The notes: generated from the letters alone by a model not told the origin. A stretch of DNA of 64,000 bases from Bacteroidetes bacterium GWA2_32_17 (GCA_001769035.1 MENF01000066.1:2389-66388), one strand, 5' to 3'. Counted from the stretch's first letter, positions 1 through 12,264 are shown. Program-made: numbers and translations.

Positions 1-521
1 ATAGTTTTATTTTCATTAAAAAGACTAATTATAGCAGTATGAACCGGAGCCAAGTGAATTTTTATTTTTGTTGTACTTAAATAAAGAGAATATTTATTAC
101 TCACTTCTTTACATTTTTCTAATTCTTTGAAAATTTCTTTCATAAACTCATGATAGTCTTTTTTGTATTTCTCATCTAAGATTGAATAAGTATATATCTT
201 CTCTAAGATTGGACTATAAAAAGCAGTTAATAATTCATATGCTTCAATTTTTTTCTGAACATATATTAATACTTGACTTCTTTTAATATCAATTTCTAGC
301 TTGTGATTTTCTAATTCCCGAACCAGAGCGGATTTATATGCTTCTAATTCTTTCAGAAATTGTTGTTTGTATTTTGTATTTTCTTTCTCGAATTGAATAG
401 AGAACTTTGTTTTAATAAATTCTGAAATATATTTTTTAAATGCAAATGCTCCAATTCCTAATAAAATAACAATAATTGATAATGTCTTTGAAACGAGGTT
501 TAAGATTTCAGAAATGTCCAT
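1..521 (-). CDS. Hypothetical membrane-anchored protein, 3' end runs off the window
   Basis: Manual translation from ATG at 521: MDISEILNLVSKTLSIIVILLGIGAFAFKKYISEFIKTKFS..., an N-terminal TM helix then a charged helical region. Not in the ORF track. Confidence 0.7.
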   Translation of the reverse strand, partial: MDISEILNLVSKTLSIIVILLGIGAFAFKKYISEFIKTKFSIQFEKENTKYKQQFLKELEAYKSALVRELENHKLEIDIKRSQVLIYVQKKIEAYELLTAFYSPILEKIYTYSILDEKYKKDYHEFMKEIFKELEKCKEVSNKYSLYLSTTKIKIHLAPVHTAIISLFNENKT

Positions 522-807
522 ATTATGTTTATTAAAATTGCACCTAACTTGTTTATATATACACCTTATCCGACATTAATCGTTTACAACCACTTATTTT
601 AGTTTATTAAAAATTGCTAATACAAATTTATTAAATTATTTGTTACAAACACAAAAAATACTTTCATTTATTGTTTGAATTTAAATAACGTTTGAAGCTA
701 CGTAACGACTAGCATTTACTTGCAGTCGGTGTTAAACCGCTGAAATGTTTGAACTTTGTTATTCGTGTCAAGTTGCCCCTAACAGTCTGCTAAATTTTAA
801 CCGTGTG

Positions 808-960
808 TTACCGCCTGGCCATTTCTTTTTCGAAGTCAACTCGTCCTTTGCGAATATATTCGATAATTTGTTTAGGTGTCATATTTGCGATGTCGGAATT
901 AATTTTGTCTCTTAAGTCACGCATCATTTTTACGCAGTCAAATTTCTTTTTAGTCTTCAT
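808..960 (-). CDS. Small putative antitoxin partner of the PIN protein (50 aa)
   Basis: Manual translation MKTKKKFDCVKMMRDLRDKINSDIANMTPKQIIEYIRKGRVDFEKEMARR*; its start overlaps the PIN gene end. Confidence 0.7.
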   Translation of the reverse strand: MKTKKKFDCVKMMRDLRDKINSDIANMTPKQIIEYIRKGRVDFEKEMARR

Positions 961-1414
961 TGTATATTAAGTCTTTAGGTGAACGTATTTCAATTGAATG
1001 ATAACCATTTTTTAAGTTAACGGAATTATAACCTCGGATTCTTATTACATTAACAATATGTTTGAAATTCCAACTTACAAGTATGTCAACATGATTTGTG
1101 GTGGCAGTTGCAATATGAATACAATCTTCAAAACTTGTTTGACCCACAACTTTTTCTGTGACATAATTTGTTGCAAGCGAGATTTCTTCGTCGGTTACTG
1201 AAATTATTTCAACATTTTTAATTTTCAAGTCTTTTAATAAATCTCTAACATTTTTTGGAGCATTTAGTAATTCATTTTGAGTCAAGTCAGAAATTACAAC
1301 ATTGAATTCTCCATTTACAATTTTCTTAAAAAGCAACTTAGTCTCTTTATTGAATTCAGTGTCATAGTAGCCACCAAAAACAGATGTATCAATATATATT
1401 CTTAATGGTTTCAT
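950..1414 (-). CDS. PIN-domain (VapC-like) nuclease/toxin
   Basis: IYIDTSVFGG start, DCIHIATA, LVSWNFKH motifs. Confidence 0.85.
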   Translation of the reverse strand: MKPLRIYIDTSVFGGYYDTEFNKETKLLFKKIVNGEFNVVISDLTQNELLNAPKNVRDLLKDLKIKNVEIISVTDEEISLATNYVTEKVVGQTSFEDCIHIATATTNHVDILVSWNFKHIVNVIRIRGYNSVNLKNGYHSIEIRSPKDLIYNED

Positions 1415-1765
1415 TCAATTTCATTTTTTTCAAATATACAAAAAAAATCGCAAATCTCCAAATAGTCTGATTTTTCTATGGCTTGGCGGTAACTCTTGTA
1501 TAAACGCAATTGTGTTTATTTCGTCTTTATATGTAACTAATAAAATATTTGTAACTATCATATTATTACCACAAAAAACGTTTTTAACCGTTTGTGAACG
1601 TTTATTAATTTAAAATTAAATTTTAAAAATATCAATACAAAAATAAAATAATTTTTTATAATTACCTGTTTTTTACACATTCTTTTAAAAAATTATTATA
1701 AATAAATGTTTTAGCCCGCTGCGTAACAATTATTGATTTTTTAGAACGTCCTTATGTATTTTTTA

Positions 1766-3133
1766 TCAGGTATTGCACGAACATCCAAACTTCTTAGTAA
1801 TATTATGTTTTGTAATAAAATCTTCTAAAACACCATCTAAATTTGGAGTACCAATTTCCTGAAGTTCATAACCAACTTTTACTGTAGGTTTTTTAATGTT
1901 AATAATTCTCTTAAGGTCAATTGGAGTGGCAATTACAACTGTATCGCAAGGTGTGTTTTCAATTGTGCGTTCTAAATCATGAATTTGTTCATCGCCATAT
2001 CCCATTGCTGGTAATAATGTTCCAATGTTTGGATAAATTTTAAATGTTTCGGCAAGTTTACCAACGGCATACTGACGTGGGTCAACTAATTCAGCCGCAC
2101 CATATTTTTGGGCTGCTACAGTTCCTGCACCAATTTTCATGTGTCCATGTGTTAATGTTGGACCATCTTCGATAACTAAAACGCGTTTGCCTTTAATAAG
2201 TTCAGGTTTATCTACTGAAAGTGGTGAAGCACCGTCAATAATAATTGCATTGGGATTAATGTTACGTAAATTATTTCTTACAATATTAATATTTTCTAAC
2301 GATGCACTATCAATTTTATTGATAACAATAACATCAGAAATTCTTGCAACTACTTCGCCCGGATAAAAACTAACTTCTGCACCGGGACGTAATGGGTCGG
2401 CGACACCAATCATTAAATCGGGACGATAAAATGGGAAGTCGTTATTTCCACCGTCCCAAAGAATTACATCGCAACCATCAGGGTCTTTTTCGGCTGCACG
2501 TACAATTGCTTCATAATCAACACCTGCATAAATAACATTACCACGAACTACATGTGGTTCATATTCTTCCATTTCTTCAATTGTGCATTTGTGAAGTTTT
2601 AAATCTTCAACAGTTGCAAAGCGTTGTACTTTTTGTTTTACTAAATCACCATAAGGCATTGGGTGCCGAATAGCTACAACTTTTAATCCTTGTTTCATTA
2701 ATATTTCAACAATTCTGCGGGATGTTTGGCTTTTTCCGCAACCCGTACGGGTTGCACCAACTGCAATAACAGGTTTCGTTGATTTAATCATTGTGTCGTT
2801 TGGTCCAAGAAACATGAAGCTTGCACCTGCTGCCATTACCATTGAACCAATATTCATAACTCTTTGATAAGGAACATCACTATATGAAAATATACAAACA
2901 TCAACTTTTAGTTCTTTTATTAATTTAACAAGTTCGGATTCTGCATAAATAGGAATTCCGTCTGGATACATTTCTTTTCCTGCTAGTTCTGCCGGATATT
3001 TTCTTCCATCTATGTCGGGAATTTGGGCTGCTGTAAAAGCTACTACTTTATAATCTTTATTTCTTCTAAAGAAGGTATTGAAGTTATGGAAATCTCTTCC
3101 TGCTGCTCCAATAATAATCACATTTTTTGTCAT
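1766..3133 (-). CDS. COG2403 P-loop enzyme (annotated cyclic 2,3-diphosphoglycerate synthase/GTPase; arginine synthetase ArcE-like)
   Basis: GAAGRDFHNFN start, TGCGKSQT Walker A, RHPMPYG, WDGGNND, EDGPTLTHG, LPAMGY. Confidence 0.85.
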   Translation of the reverse strand: MTKNVIIIGAAGRDFHNFNTFFRRNKDYKVVAFTAAQIPDIDGRKYPAELAGKEMYPDGIPIYAESELVKLIKELKVDVCIFSYSDVPYQRVMNIGSMVMAAGASFMFLGPNDTMIKSTKPVIAVGATRTGCGKSQTSRRIVEILMKQGLKVVAIRHPMPYGDLVKQKVQRFATVEDLKLHKCTIEEMEEYEPHVVRGNVIYAGVDYEAIVRAAEKDPDGCDVILWDGGNNDFPFYRPDLMIGVADPLRPGAEVSFYPGEVVARISDVIVINKIDSASLENINIVRNNLRNINPNAIIIDGASPLSVDKPELIKGKRVLVIEDGPTLTHGHMKIGAGTVAAQKYGAAELVDPRQYAVGKLAETFKIYPNIGTLLPAMGYGDEQIHDLERTIENTPCDTVVIATPIDLKRIINIKKPTVKVGYELQEIGTPNLDGVLEDFITKHNITKKFGCSCNT

Positions 3134-3340
3134 AAAAAAATTAATTTAGTTTCTTAAATTAGAATTTTACAAATATATAGCTAATAAGCCACTTTTAAAA
3201 CATTAAAATTATGAACAATAACACAAAAATCTTTAATAATAGCCATAAACGTCAATTATTCAGAGTTATACAACAATAATATGTTAAGAAACATATCTTC
3301 AATTTGTTAATAACTTAAACTGTTAATTTATAGATTATTT

Positions 3341-4130
3341 AAACTTTAATTTAGGTAACTCATGTTACGCAAGTAAAAAATTTGTCTCGCAAAGCCGTTT
3401 ACCCCGTTAGATAATTGCTCTTTATATAGTTCGCTCTTTTTTTAACTATTTAACGGGGCAGGGTTCACAAAGTTAAAAAGTGGCTAAATAGTCGTCCCTT
3501 AAAAACCCTCTTTAGAAATTTTGGTCGTTATTAATTTCAATTGAGATTTTTTTTATTTTTCTTTTTTCACCACCAAAAAAGAAACAAAAAACCCTCCACG
3601 AAGTCCAACTCCAATTTTTTAACTAATTCAAATTTAGGAGTTTGATAGATGAAATAGCTTTGTTGTAACACCGTGAATAATTTGCCCAAAAATTGTAGTT
3701 CGCACAGTTACTCACATCTTTTTTTTATTTTTTTATGGTGTTCGTGAGGGCTAAAGCCGTTCGTGGACAACCCACCGCACTTGCTTCGATTAAAACTAAT
3801 AGGGAAAATCAATCTTATTACAATAAATATATTATGAAAATATGCAAGGTTTTAACTGTTCACCACGTGGGATAACTCCGTTGAACAATGGAGCGAAAAT
3901 AAAAAACAAATATCCAACGTGGTAAAATATTATTTCTTGCAATTTATTTTATTATTTTATAACATTATTTAACTGGATATTAATTTGTTGAATACTTTTT
4001 AAGTGACGACTATTTAAAAACTTAAATTTAGGTAACTCATGTTACGCAAGTAAAAAATTTGTCTCGCAAAGCGATGCACTGAGCTTATCGAAGTGCTACC
4101 AAGTTCACAAAGTTAAAAAGTGGCTAAATA
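3341..4130. repeat. Long direct duplication (3341-3490 and ~4018-4130) flanking the MITE
   Basis: TTTAGGTAACTCATGTTACGCAAGTAAAAAATTTGTCTCGCAAAGC...GTTCACAAAGTTAAAAAGTGGCTAAATA occurs twice with different central inserts. Confidence 0.9.
3486..4015. mobile_element. Non-coding MITE-like element (~530 bp)
   Basis: Terminal inverted repeats AAATAGTCGTCCCTTAAAAA / TTTTTAAGTGACGACTATTT (19/20); flanked by a long direct duplication. Confidence 0.65.
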
Positions 4131-4313
4131 AAAGCATTTGGAGTATTAATAATCAACGTTATATGTTACAATCATCAATTTTTTATGACAAAAAATGAAT
4201 TACATTTTGTTACTACTCAGGTTCGCATTATTTCTCGCAAAGACGCAATGCACGCAAAGTTTTAAGCACGCAAAGTTTTAAAAAAATCATTAATGATTTT
4301 TTTCTTTGCGTTC

Positions 4314-4691
4314 TTACAGATTATTTGCAATTCTTTTAATTCCATATTTTATTAAATCAACATTAAAATTGACAAGAAGTCCCAGTTTTAAATTTGTTAC
4401 TCGTAAATAGGTTAACAAGATTTTAGGAAAAGTGGATGACATTGTTTTTACTGATTTTATTTCCACTATGACTTTTTCTTCTACAATAATATCTGCTCTA
4501 AATCCTAAACCCAATTATACTGTTTCATAAAACACAGCAATCTCTGCCTGCCGCTTGTATTTTATTCTTAATTTATCCAGTTCATAACATATTGCCGCTT
4601 CGTAAACTGATTCCAGCAAACCGGGTCCTAATTTCTGATGAACCTTCAGAAAGATATTAACTAATATTTTGGCTACTTCGTTTTCGGTCAT
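4314..4691 (-). pseudogene. GxxExxY protein pseudogene
   Basis: ATG at 4691 gives MTENEVAK...LGPGLLESVYE; frameshift near 4565 and an in-frame TAA before LGLGFRADIIVEEKVIVEIKS; flanked by CGCAAAG repeats. Confidence 0.85.
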
Positions 4692-4748
4692 AATTCATTG
4701 CGTTCTTTGCGACTTTGCGAGACAACTTTTATGGTTGCTGAGTAGTTA

Positions 4749-5462
4749 CTACATTTTTAATTTTAAAATATCAAATTTGAGTAAATCAAAAACTATGAAA
4801 CTGTCTGATTTATAAATATCGAGTATTAACTGTATAGTAGCATTTGCCATATAAACACCCAGTATTCCAGGAACCACACCTAATACACCACTCTCATTGC
4901 ATCCGGGAGCATCTTCGGAATCAGGTGGTTCACCGTAAACATCTCTTAAATTTTTATTGTTTTTATAATTAAATACCGCAAGCTGGGCTTCAAATTTGTA
5001 AATGCTTCCGAACACTAAGGGTTTATTTAATTCTGCACAAATATCATTTACTAAAAACCGGGTTGGAAAATTATCGGAACCATCAACAATAATATCAAAA
5101 CGGGAAATGATTTCTTTACCGTTTTTTTTATTCAGAATTTCATTAAAAACAATAAATGAAACATTAGGATTCTGTGATTTTAATTTACCTGCTGCTATTT
5201 CCACTTTTGGTTTCCCGATATCATCGGTTGAATAAAGAATCTGACGATTTAAATTATGGAGTTCTACCGTGTCAAAATCAATAATCCCAATTGTGCCAAC
5301 TCCTGCAGAACATAGATATTGTAAAGCCGGACAACCTAATCCGCCGGCACCAACAACGAGCACTTTAGCATTTTTTAATTTCTCCTGACCTTTTTTTCCT
5401 ACCTCAGTCAGTATTAATTGATGCCTGTAACGTAATAACTCCTCTTTAGTAAAATCATTCAT
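4749..5462 (-). CDS. thiF: ThiF/MoeB family adenylyltransferase
   Basis: VGAGGLG, DFDTVELHNLNRQ, DGSDNFPTR; last gene of the thi operon. Confidence 0.85.
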   Translation of the reverse strand: MNDFTKEELLRYRHQLILTEVGKKGQEKLKNAKVLVVGAGGLGCPALQYLCSAGVGTIGIIDFDTVELHNLNRQILYSTDDIGKPKVEIAAGKLKSQNPNVSFIVFNEILNKKNGKEIISRFDIIVDGSDNFPTRFLVNDICAELNKPLVFGSIYKFEAQLAVFNYKNNKNLRDVYGEPPDSEDAPGCNESGVLGVVPGILGVYMANATIQLILDIYKSDSFIVFDLLKFDILKLKM

Positions 5463-6594
5463 ATTTTAAAAATGAATTATCCCAGTCTTTCCATACAGGT
5501 TCGTAATCATTTGAAGCTATTATCTCTGCTATCTGACCTGCATTTCGTTCATCTGCAATTTCAAACTGTTCCAGCGATTTTTGGTTGCCTGAATATCCAC
5601 CTGGATTAGTTTTTGAGCCTGCACTCATACTTGTAACACCTAATTTTATAATATTATTTCTAAAAGTTTCTGACTCACGTGTCGAAACAGATAATTCCAC
5701 ATCTTCGTTAAATAATCGGTAAGCACAAATTAATTGTACAAGTTCCTTGTCAGAGATTGATGATTCTGAAGCTCCGAATATTTTTTTATCTTGGTCATTA
5801 ACCTTATATGGCCTGATTCGTGGAAAAGAAATCGAATATTTTGTTTGCCAGTATTTTTTTTGCAGGTATTCTAAATGTAAAGCGCATAAACAGGAATCTG
5901 TCCGCCAGTCTTCCAGTCCTAATAATATTCCTAATCCAATTTTATGTATTCCCGCGCGCCCTATTCTGTCAGGTGTTTCAAGGCGAAAATAAAAATCAGA
6001 TTTTTTTCCCCTGGGATGATATACTTTATATTTCTCTTTGTTATATGTCTCCTGATATACAAAAACAGCATAAACACCTGCACGGTTTAATTCTTCGTAT
6101 TCTGTCTGTAAAAGAGGGAGTACTTCAATGGAAGTATTTGCAAAACTTGATTTTATCAGATTGACGGATTGAACTAAATATTCCAGGTTTACAACTTGTC
6201 GTGCCTCACCTGTTACAAGTAAAATATGATCAAATCCCTGTTTTTTAATTTCTGAAATTTCTTTTAAAATTTCATCTGTATTAAGCGTTTTACGTTCTAT
6301 TTTATTGTTAAAATTAAAACCGCAATAGGTGCAGTAATTATTACATTCATTGCTTAAATACAAAGGAACATATAATTGAATTGTTTTGCCAAAACGCTTT
6401 TGTGTTAATTGTTGACTTATTTGTGCCATTTGTTCCAGATAAGGAACGGCAGCAGGAGAGATTAATGCTTTAAAGTCTTCTATTGTCCTGTTATTCGAAG
6501 ACAATGCATTCTCAACATCACTGGAAGATTTATTTAAAATGGACTCTTTTATTTTGTTCCAATCCTGTAAATCATATATTTTTTGAAAACTCAT
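5455..6594 (-). CDS. thiH: 2-iminoacetate synthase (radical SAM)
   Basis: YLSNECNNYCTYCGF, YQETY, SAGSKTNPGGY, PVWKDWD. Confidence 0.95.
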   Translation of the reverse strand: MSFQKIYDLQDWNKIKESILNKSSSDVENALSSNNRTIEDFKALISPAAVPYLEQMAQISQQLTQKRFGKTIQLYVPLYLSNECNNYCTYCGFNFNNKIERKTLNTDEILKEISEIKKQGFDHILLVTGEARQVVNLEYLVQSVNLIKSSFANTSIEVLPLLQTEYEELNRAGVYAVFVYQETYNKEKYKVYHPRGKKSDFYFRLETPDRIGRAGIHKIGLGILLGLEDWRTDSCLCALHLEYLQKKYWQTKYSISFPRIRPYKVNDQDKKIFGASESSISDKELVQLICAYRLFNEDVELSVSTRESETFRNNIIKLGVTSMSAGSKTNPGGYSGNQKSLEQFEIADERNAGQIAEIIASNDYEPVWKDWDNSFLKYE

Positions 6595-6615
6595 TTTAGG
6601 TTTTGTTCAATTATT

Positions 6616-7401
6616 CTATTCTAAAAATGCAGTAAGGGGACTACTGGCTTCAGCATTATTTACTTTATTAGCCAGCTTTGCTTCAAAAGCTATTCTGCCG
6701 GCTTCTACTGCTAATTTAAAGGCATAAGCCATGTCAACCGGATGTTGGGCTATTGCAATGGCTGTATTTACCAGAACTGCATCAGCACCAATTTCCATGG
6801 CTTTTGCGGCATCGGAGGGCGCACCTATTCCTGCATCAATAACAACGGGTACATTACTTTGCTCAATAATAATTCTTAAAAAGTCAATTGTTTTTAAGCC
6901 CTTGTTACTTCCTATCGGTGAACCCAGCGGCATTACAGCCGATGTTCCTGCATCTTCAAGTCGTTTACACAACACCGGATCTGCATGTATATAAGGCATA
7001 ACAATAAAGCCAAGCCGGGATAATTCTTCTGTGGCTATTAATGTTTCAATTGGGTCAGGCATTAAATATTTTGGGTCTGGATGAATTTCTAATTTTATCC
7101 AGTTTGTTTCTAATGCTTCCCGGGCAAGTTTAGCGGCAAAAATTGCTTCTTTAGCGTTTCTTGCACCCGAAGTATTGGGTAATAAATTAATATTGGTATG
7201 TTGAAGATGTTCGAGAATATCATCATGAATTTTATTGTCTGTTGAATTCTTTGAAGTATTTATTCGTTTTAGTGCCACAGTTACTAATTCGGTACCGGAT
7301 GAAACGACAGCATCAGCCATTAGTTTTGAAGAACCAAATTTTCCTGTCCCTAAAAATAACCTCGACTTAAATTCTTTACCCCCTATTATTAATCTTTTCA
7401 T
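6616..7401 (-). CDS. thiG: Thiazole synthase
   Basis: [36 protein letters not shown]. Confidence 0.97.
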   Translation of the reverse strand: MKRLIIGGKEFKSRLFLGTGKFGSSKLMADAVVSSGTELVTVALKRINTSKNSTDNKIHDDILEHLQHTNINLLPNTSGARNAKEAIFAAKLAREALETNWIKLEIHPDPKYLMPDPIETLIATEELSRLGFIVMPYIHADPVLCKRLEDAGTSAVMPLGSPIGSNKGLKTIDFLRIIIEQSNVPVVIDAGIGAPSDAAKAMEIGADAVLVNTAIAIAQHPVDMAYAFKLAVEAGRIAFEAKLANKVNNAEASSPLTAFLE

Positions 7402-7826
7402 GTGTTTATATTTTAGTTATTGTCTCATTATTAATTACTTATATTTTTTAGATACACGACCTGACAGGAACTTCGTAACCTGTCAGGATGTGTAACAATT
7501 ATTCGTTAATCCTTATTCGATATTTTTTTAAATACAATCATTCCCTTGTGTGTCTTTATTTAGTCATGGATGTTTCATCTGTTTATATTTTTTAGTTTAC
7601 TGATACTCAATTTATTATATTTTTCAGATTGATGTAGATTGAAGAAGATTGATAGGATTGATGAAGACGTTCTCCAATCTTGTCTTCTCAATCTATTCAA
7701 TCTTGTTTTTTCAATCCTTTCAATCCTTCTTCTCAATCTTGTTTTCTCAATCTTTTTCAATCTCATCACTTAACCTCAACCGCTAATATAATCATTCCCT
7801 TGTGTGTCTTTATTTAGTCGTGGATG
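7402..7826 (-). mobile_element. Two tandem copies (7402-7572, 7579-7826) of an element flanked by ATGAAA direct repeats
   Basis: TTTCAT at 7396-7401, 7573-7578 and 7827-7832; shared ends CATCCAYGACTAAATAAAGACACACAAGGGAATGA...AAATATAAACAS on the minus strand. Confidence 0.7.
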
Positions 7827-8463
7827 TTTCATATAACAATGAATTTAATTTTTCTATTGTTTCTTTTTTATCTTTTCCTAATGTTATAAGACCTGATATG
7901 GCAACACCATAAACACCTGTTTTTAAAATGTCATCAATATCACCATGTTGAATGCCTCCAATTGCATAGACAGGTACATTTCTTTGTTCTATTGTAAGTG
8001 TGTTCATTATTCTGTTAATACCATCCAATCCTAAAACCGGGCTTAATTTTTCTTTGGTTGTAGTAAACCTGTATGGTCCTAAACCAATATAATTGCAGCC
8101 CTCGTTAATTCTTGTTAGTACATCGGTTATAGTATTGGCTGTACCACCGATTATTTTATCTTCACCTAAAATTTCTCTGGCCGTTGTGATTGGCATGTCC
8201 TTTAATCCAAGATGGACACCATGAATATCAGCTATTTTTGCTATGTCAACATTATCATTAATTATTAATGTGGAATTATATAATGAACATAGTTTTTTTA
8301 TTTTTTCAGTTAAATTTATTAACTGTTTTTTTTCACAATTTTTAAAACGTAATTGTATCCATTTACAGCCGGCATCAAGAGTACTGTTAATATTATTAAA
8401 TTGCTCTTCAGGTGTTGAGCCCTGGGAAATATACTGGAGTTTGCTATACATAATGATAACCAA
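7810..8463 (-). CDS. thiE: Thiamine-phosphate synthase
   Basis: WIQLRFK, IINDN, GVHLG, GPYRFTTTK, AIGGI; real start may be MYSKL at ~8451. Confidence 0.93.
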   Translation of the reverse strand: MVIIMYSKLQYISQGSTPEEQFNNINSTLDAGCKWIQLRFKNCEKKQLINLTEKIKKLCSLYNSTLIINDNVDIAKIADIHGVHLGLKDMPITTAREILGEDKIIGGTANTITDVLTRINEGCNYIGLGPYRFTTTKEKLSPVLGLDGINRIMNTLTIEQRNVPVYAIGGIQHGDIDDILKTGVYGVAISGLITLGKDKKETIEKLNSLLYETSTTK

Positions 8464-9196
8464 TTAATGAACGGTTTGACGATAAAAATGTCTCAACGTA
8501 GTTTTTTGCATTATAACAGGAAGTCAATAAATCAAATCCCAAAGCAAGATTTGCTGCAATAGCTGAAGATAACACACAACCCGAACCATGTTTGGGAAAA
8601 ATATTTTCTTTTGCAGGTAAAATCTTCTCTACATTGTTTTTTATATATAAATAATCTATTCCAGGTTCCATTTCATTATGCCCGCCCTTTAAAAGGACAT
8701 TACAATACCTTGATAATTCCTTTGAAGCTTTTTTGGGATCATTATTATTTGTTATAAATATTATTTCTTCAACATTAGGACTTATCAGAAAAATATTTTT
8801 AATAACAACTAATAAGTCTTTATTTTGAAATTTATTATGAAATTCAAAACCGGCACTGGCTTTAATAATGGGATCCCATATTATAATCGGGTTTGAAATA
8901 GAAGAAGTCAGGTAATTTATTATTTTTTCAAGCGATTCTAAATCTTTAATCAATCCGATTTTGATAATTGAAAATTCAAATCTTTTTCTTAACAATGAAA
9001 CCTGTTTTATTATATCATCTGCATTAATCCATTGGATACTGTTAAATTCAATATCGTTCTGAAAAGTAACGGAACTAATGGCTGAAACTCCGTAAACCCG
9101 GTGTCTTTCAAAAGTTTTAATGTCAGCAAGTATGCCTGCTCCGCCACTGGGGTCAAAGCCTGCAATGCTTAACACACAGTTTCTTTTTTCATCCAT
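8444..9196 (-). CDS. thiD: Hydroxymethylpyrimidine/phosphomethylpyrimidine kinase
   Basis: SIAGFDPSGGAGILADIKT, LLKGGH, KHGSGC. Confidence 0.93.
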   Translation of the reverse strand: MDEKRNCVLSIAGFDPSGGAGILADIKTFERHRVYGVSAISSVTFQNDIEFNSIQWINADDIIKQVSLLRKRFEFSIIKIGLIKDLESLEKIINYLTSSISNPIIIWDPIIKASAGFEFHNKFQNKDLLVVIKNIFLISPNVEEIIFITNNNDPKKASKELSRYCNVLLKGGHNEMEPGIDYLYIKNNVEKILPAKENIFPKHGSGCVLSSAIAANLALGFDLLTSCYNAKNYVETFLSSNRSLIGYHYV

Positions 9197-9756
9197 CTTT
9201 TTTTTATTTTATTGAATTTTTCGATAGGATTACTGTTTTGCCATATTGCCCCCAATAAAGCTATTCCGGGAAATCCTGTATCTTTTAAAATATCAATTTT
9301 GTTCTCATCAATTCCACCCAGGGCAAAGATTCTTTTTTCGGTAAATAAATCCCGATAATTTTTGAGATTTTGAAGATCAAAATTGCTTTTATAATTCTGC
9401 TTTGAGATACTATTGAAAACAGGGCTTAAAAACCCGTAATCAAATTTCTTATCGGATTCCATAATTTCATTAACTGAATGAAATGAAATGCTTAGAGGTT
9501 TATTGTTGCCTTTATCATTATAGGTCACCGGGACATGGATTCCTTTCAGATGATACTCTTCTGCCAGATGATAATGAGAATGTAAGACTATCCTTTTGTG
9601 ATAATTGTTATGAATTGTTTCAATAAATTTTTTGATATCTTCTTTTGTATATTGCTTTTTTCTGAGATGAAGTATCTCCAGGCCATCATAAAATAACTGA
9701 TGGATGAGGTTGACTTCATCTTTAATAAAAACCGGATCAGTGATAACAATAATCAT
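9169..9756 (-). CDS. ThiE/TenI-like protein (second ThiE-fold protein)
   Basis: LHLRK, SFHS, FLSPVFNSISK, ALGGI; position in the thi operon. Confidence 0.85.
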   Translation of the reverse strand: MIIVITDPVFIKDEVNLIHQLFYDGLEILHLRKKQYTKEDIKKFIETIHNNYHKRIVLHSHYHLAEEYHLKGIHVPVTYNDKGNNKPLSISFHSVNEIMESDKKFDYGFLSPVFNSISKQNYKSNFDLQNLKNYRDLFTEKRIFALGGIDENKIDILKDTGFPGIALLGAIWQNSNPIEKFNKIKKRWMKKETVC

Positions 9757-9757
9757 C

Positions 9758-11635
<1,878 letters not shown>

Positions 11636-11681
11636 TTATTTTATTTTGTGGATTTTGCATGATTATTTCATGTAAAATGTA

Positions 11682-11885
11682 CTATCCTCCTTGTGTAGCT
11701 TTAATGATTATAACTTCATCGTTTTGTTTAAGGAAATATTCCTGCCAGTATTCTTTTTTTATTACCTGGTTATTTACCGCAATGGCTATTCCCTTCTGTT
11801 TTTCATTTATTATTTCGTCAACTAATAATTGAATTGAACAGTTTTCAGGGAATTTTTCAATCTGGTTATTTACCTTTATCTCCAT
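11682..11885 (-). CDS. thiS: Sulfur carrier protein
   Basis: 67 aa, IAIAVNN, C-terminal QGG. Confidence 0.95.
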   Translation of the reverse strand: MEIKVNNQIEKFPENCSIQLLVDEIINEKQKGIAIAVNNQVIKKEYWQEYFLKQNDEVIIIKATQGG

Positions 11886-11970
11886 AATTAATTTAATTTA
11901 AACATCATGAACAAAAAAGATTTTATTTTTTAGAATGATTTATAAATGAGTACGGTATAAAAATCTTTTA

Positions 11971-12043
11971 TTGCCACGAATTACACGAATTAACGCAGAT
12001 AAATGATTTTTAAATCTGTGGAAATCAGCGTAATCTGTGGCAA
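11971..12043. repeat. REP-like imperfect palindrome in the thi leader
   Basis: TTGCCACGAATTACACGAATTAACGCAGAT...ATCTGTGGAAATCAGCGTAATCTGTGGCAA. Confidence 0.7.
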
Positions 12044-12171
12044 CATTTTTTTATTTTTTCAATTTTATTATTAAATTATACCTTTTTAGACTGGACTCAT
12101 AAATTCTTTAAATAAAAATCAAAATTAAACCGAAGAAATATTTTTTCATGGTTAATAATTAAAAATTTAAG

Positions 12172-12264
12172 TCAATGGAGGTCTTTTGGTTTTCCGGCTC
12201 GGCATTACCCGTCCCGGTCCTAAGGGTATATTCTCAGCCCGTTATATTAAGGCACCCCATTGAG
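12172..12264 (-). ncRNA. TPP riboswitch (variant P4/P5)
   Basis: Minus strand GGGGTGCC..GGGCTGAGAATATACCCTTAGGACC..GGGTAATGCC; CAATGGGG can pair with CTCCATTG; lies upstream of thiS. Confidence 0.88.

Larger units (their letters stand above)
807..1493 (-). mobile_element. Integron-cassette-like unit carrying the PIN TA module
   Basis: Bounded by GTTACCGCCTGGCCAT (807-822) and ATGGCTTGGCGGTAAC (1478-1493), a 14/16 inverted match; the small ORF's stop lies inside the TAAC core. Confidence 0.5.

Noticed and set aside
7575-7769. 64-aa R/I/E-rich ORF
   Set aside because: It is the translation of the TCAATCT repeat inside the ATGAAA-flanked element.
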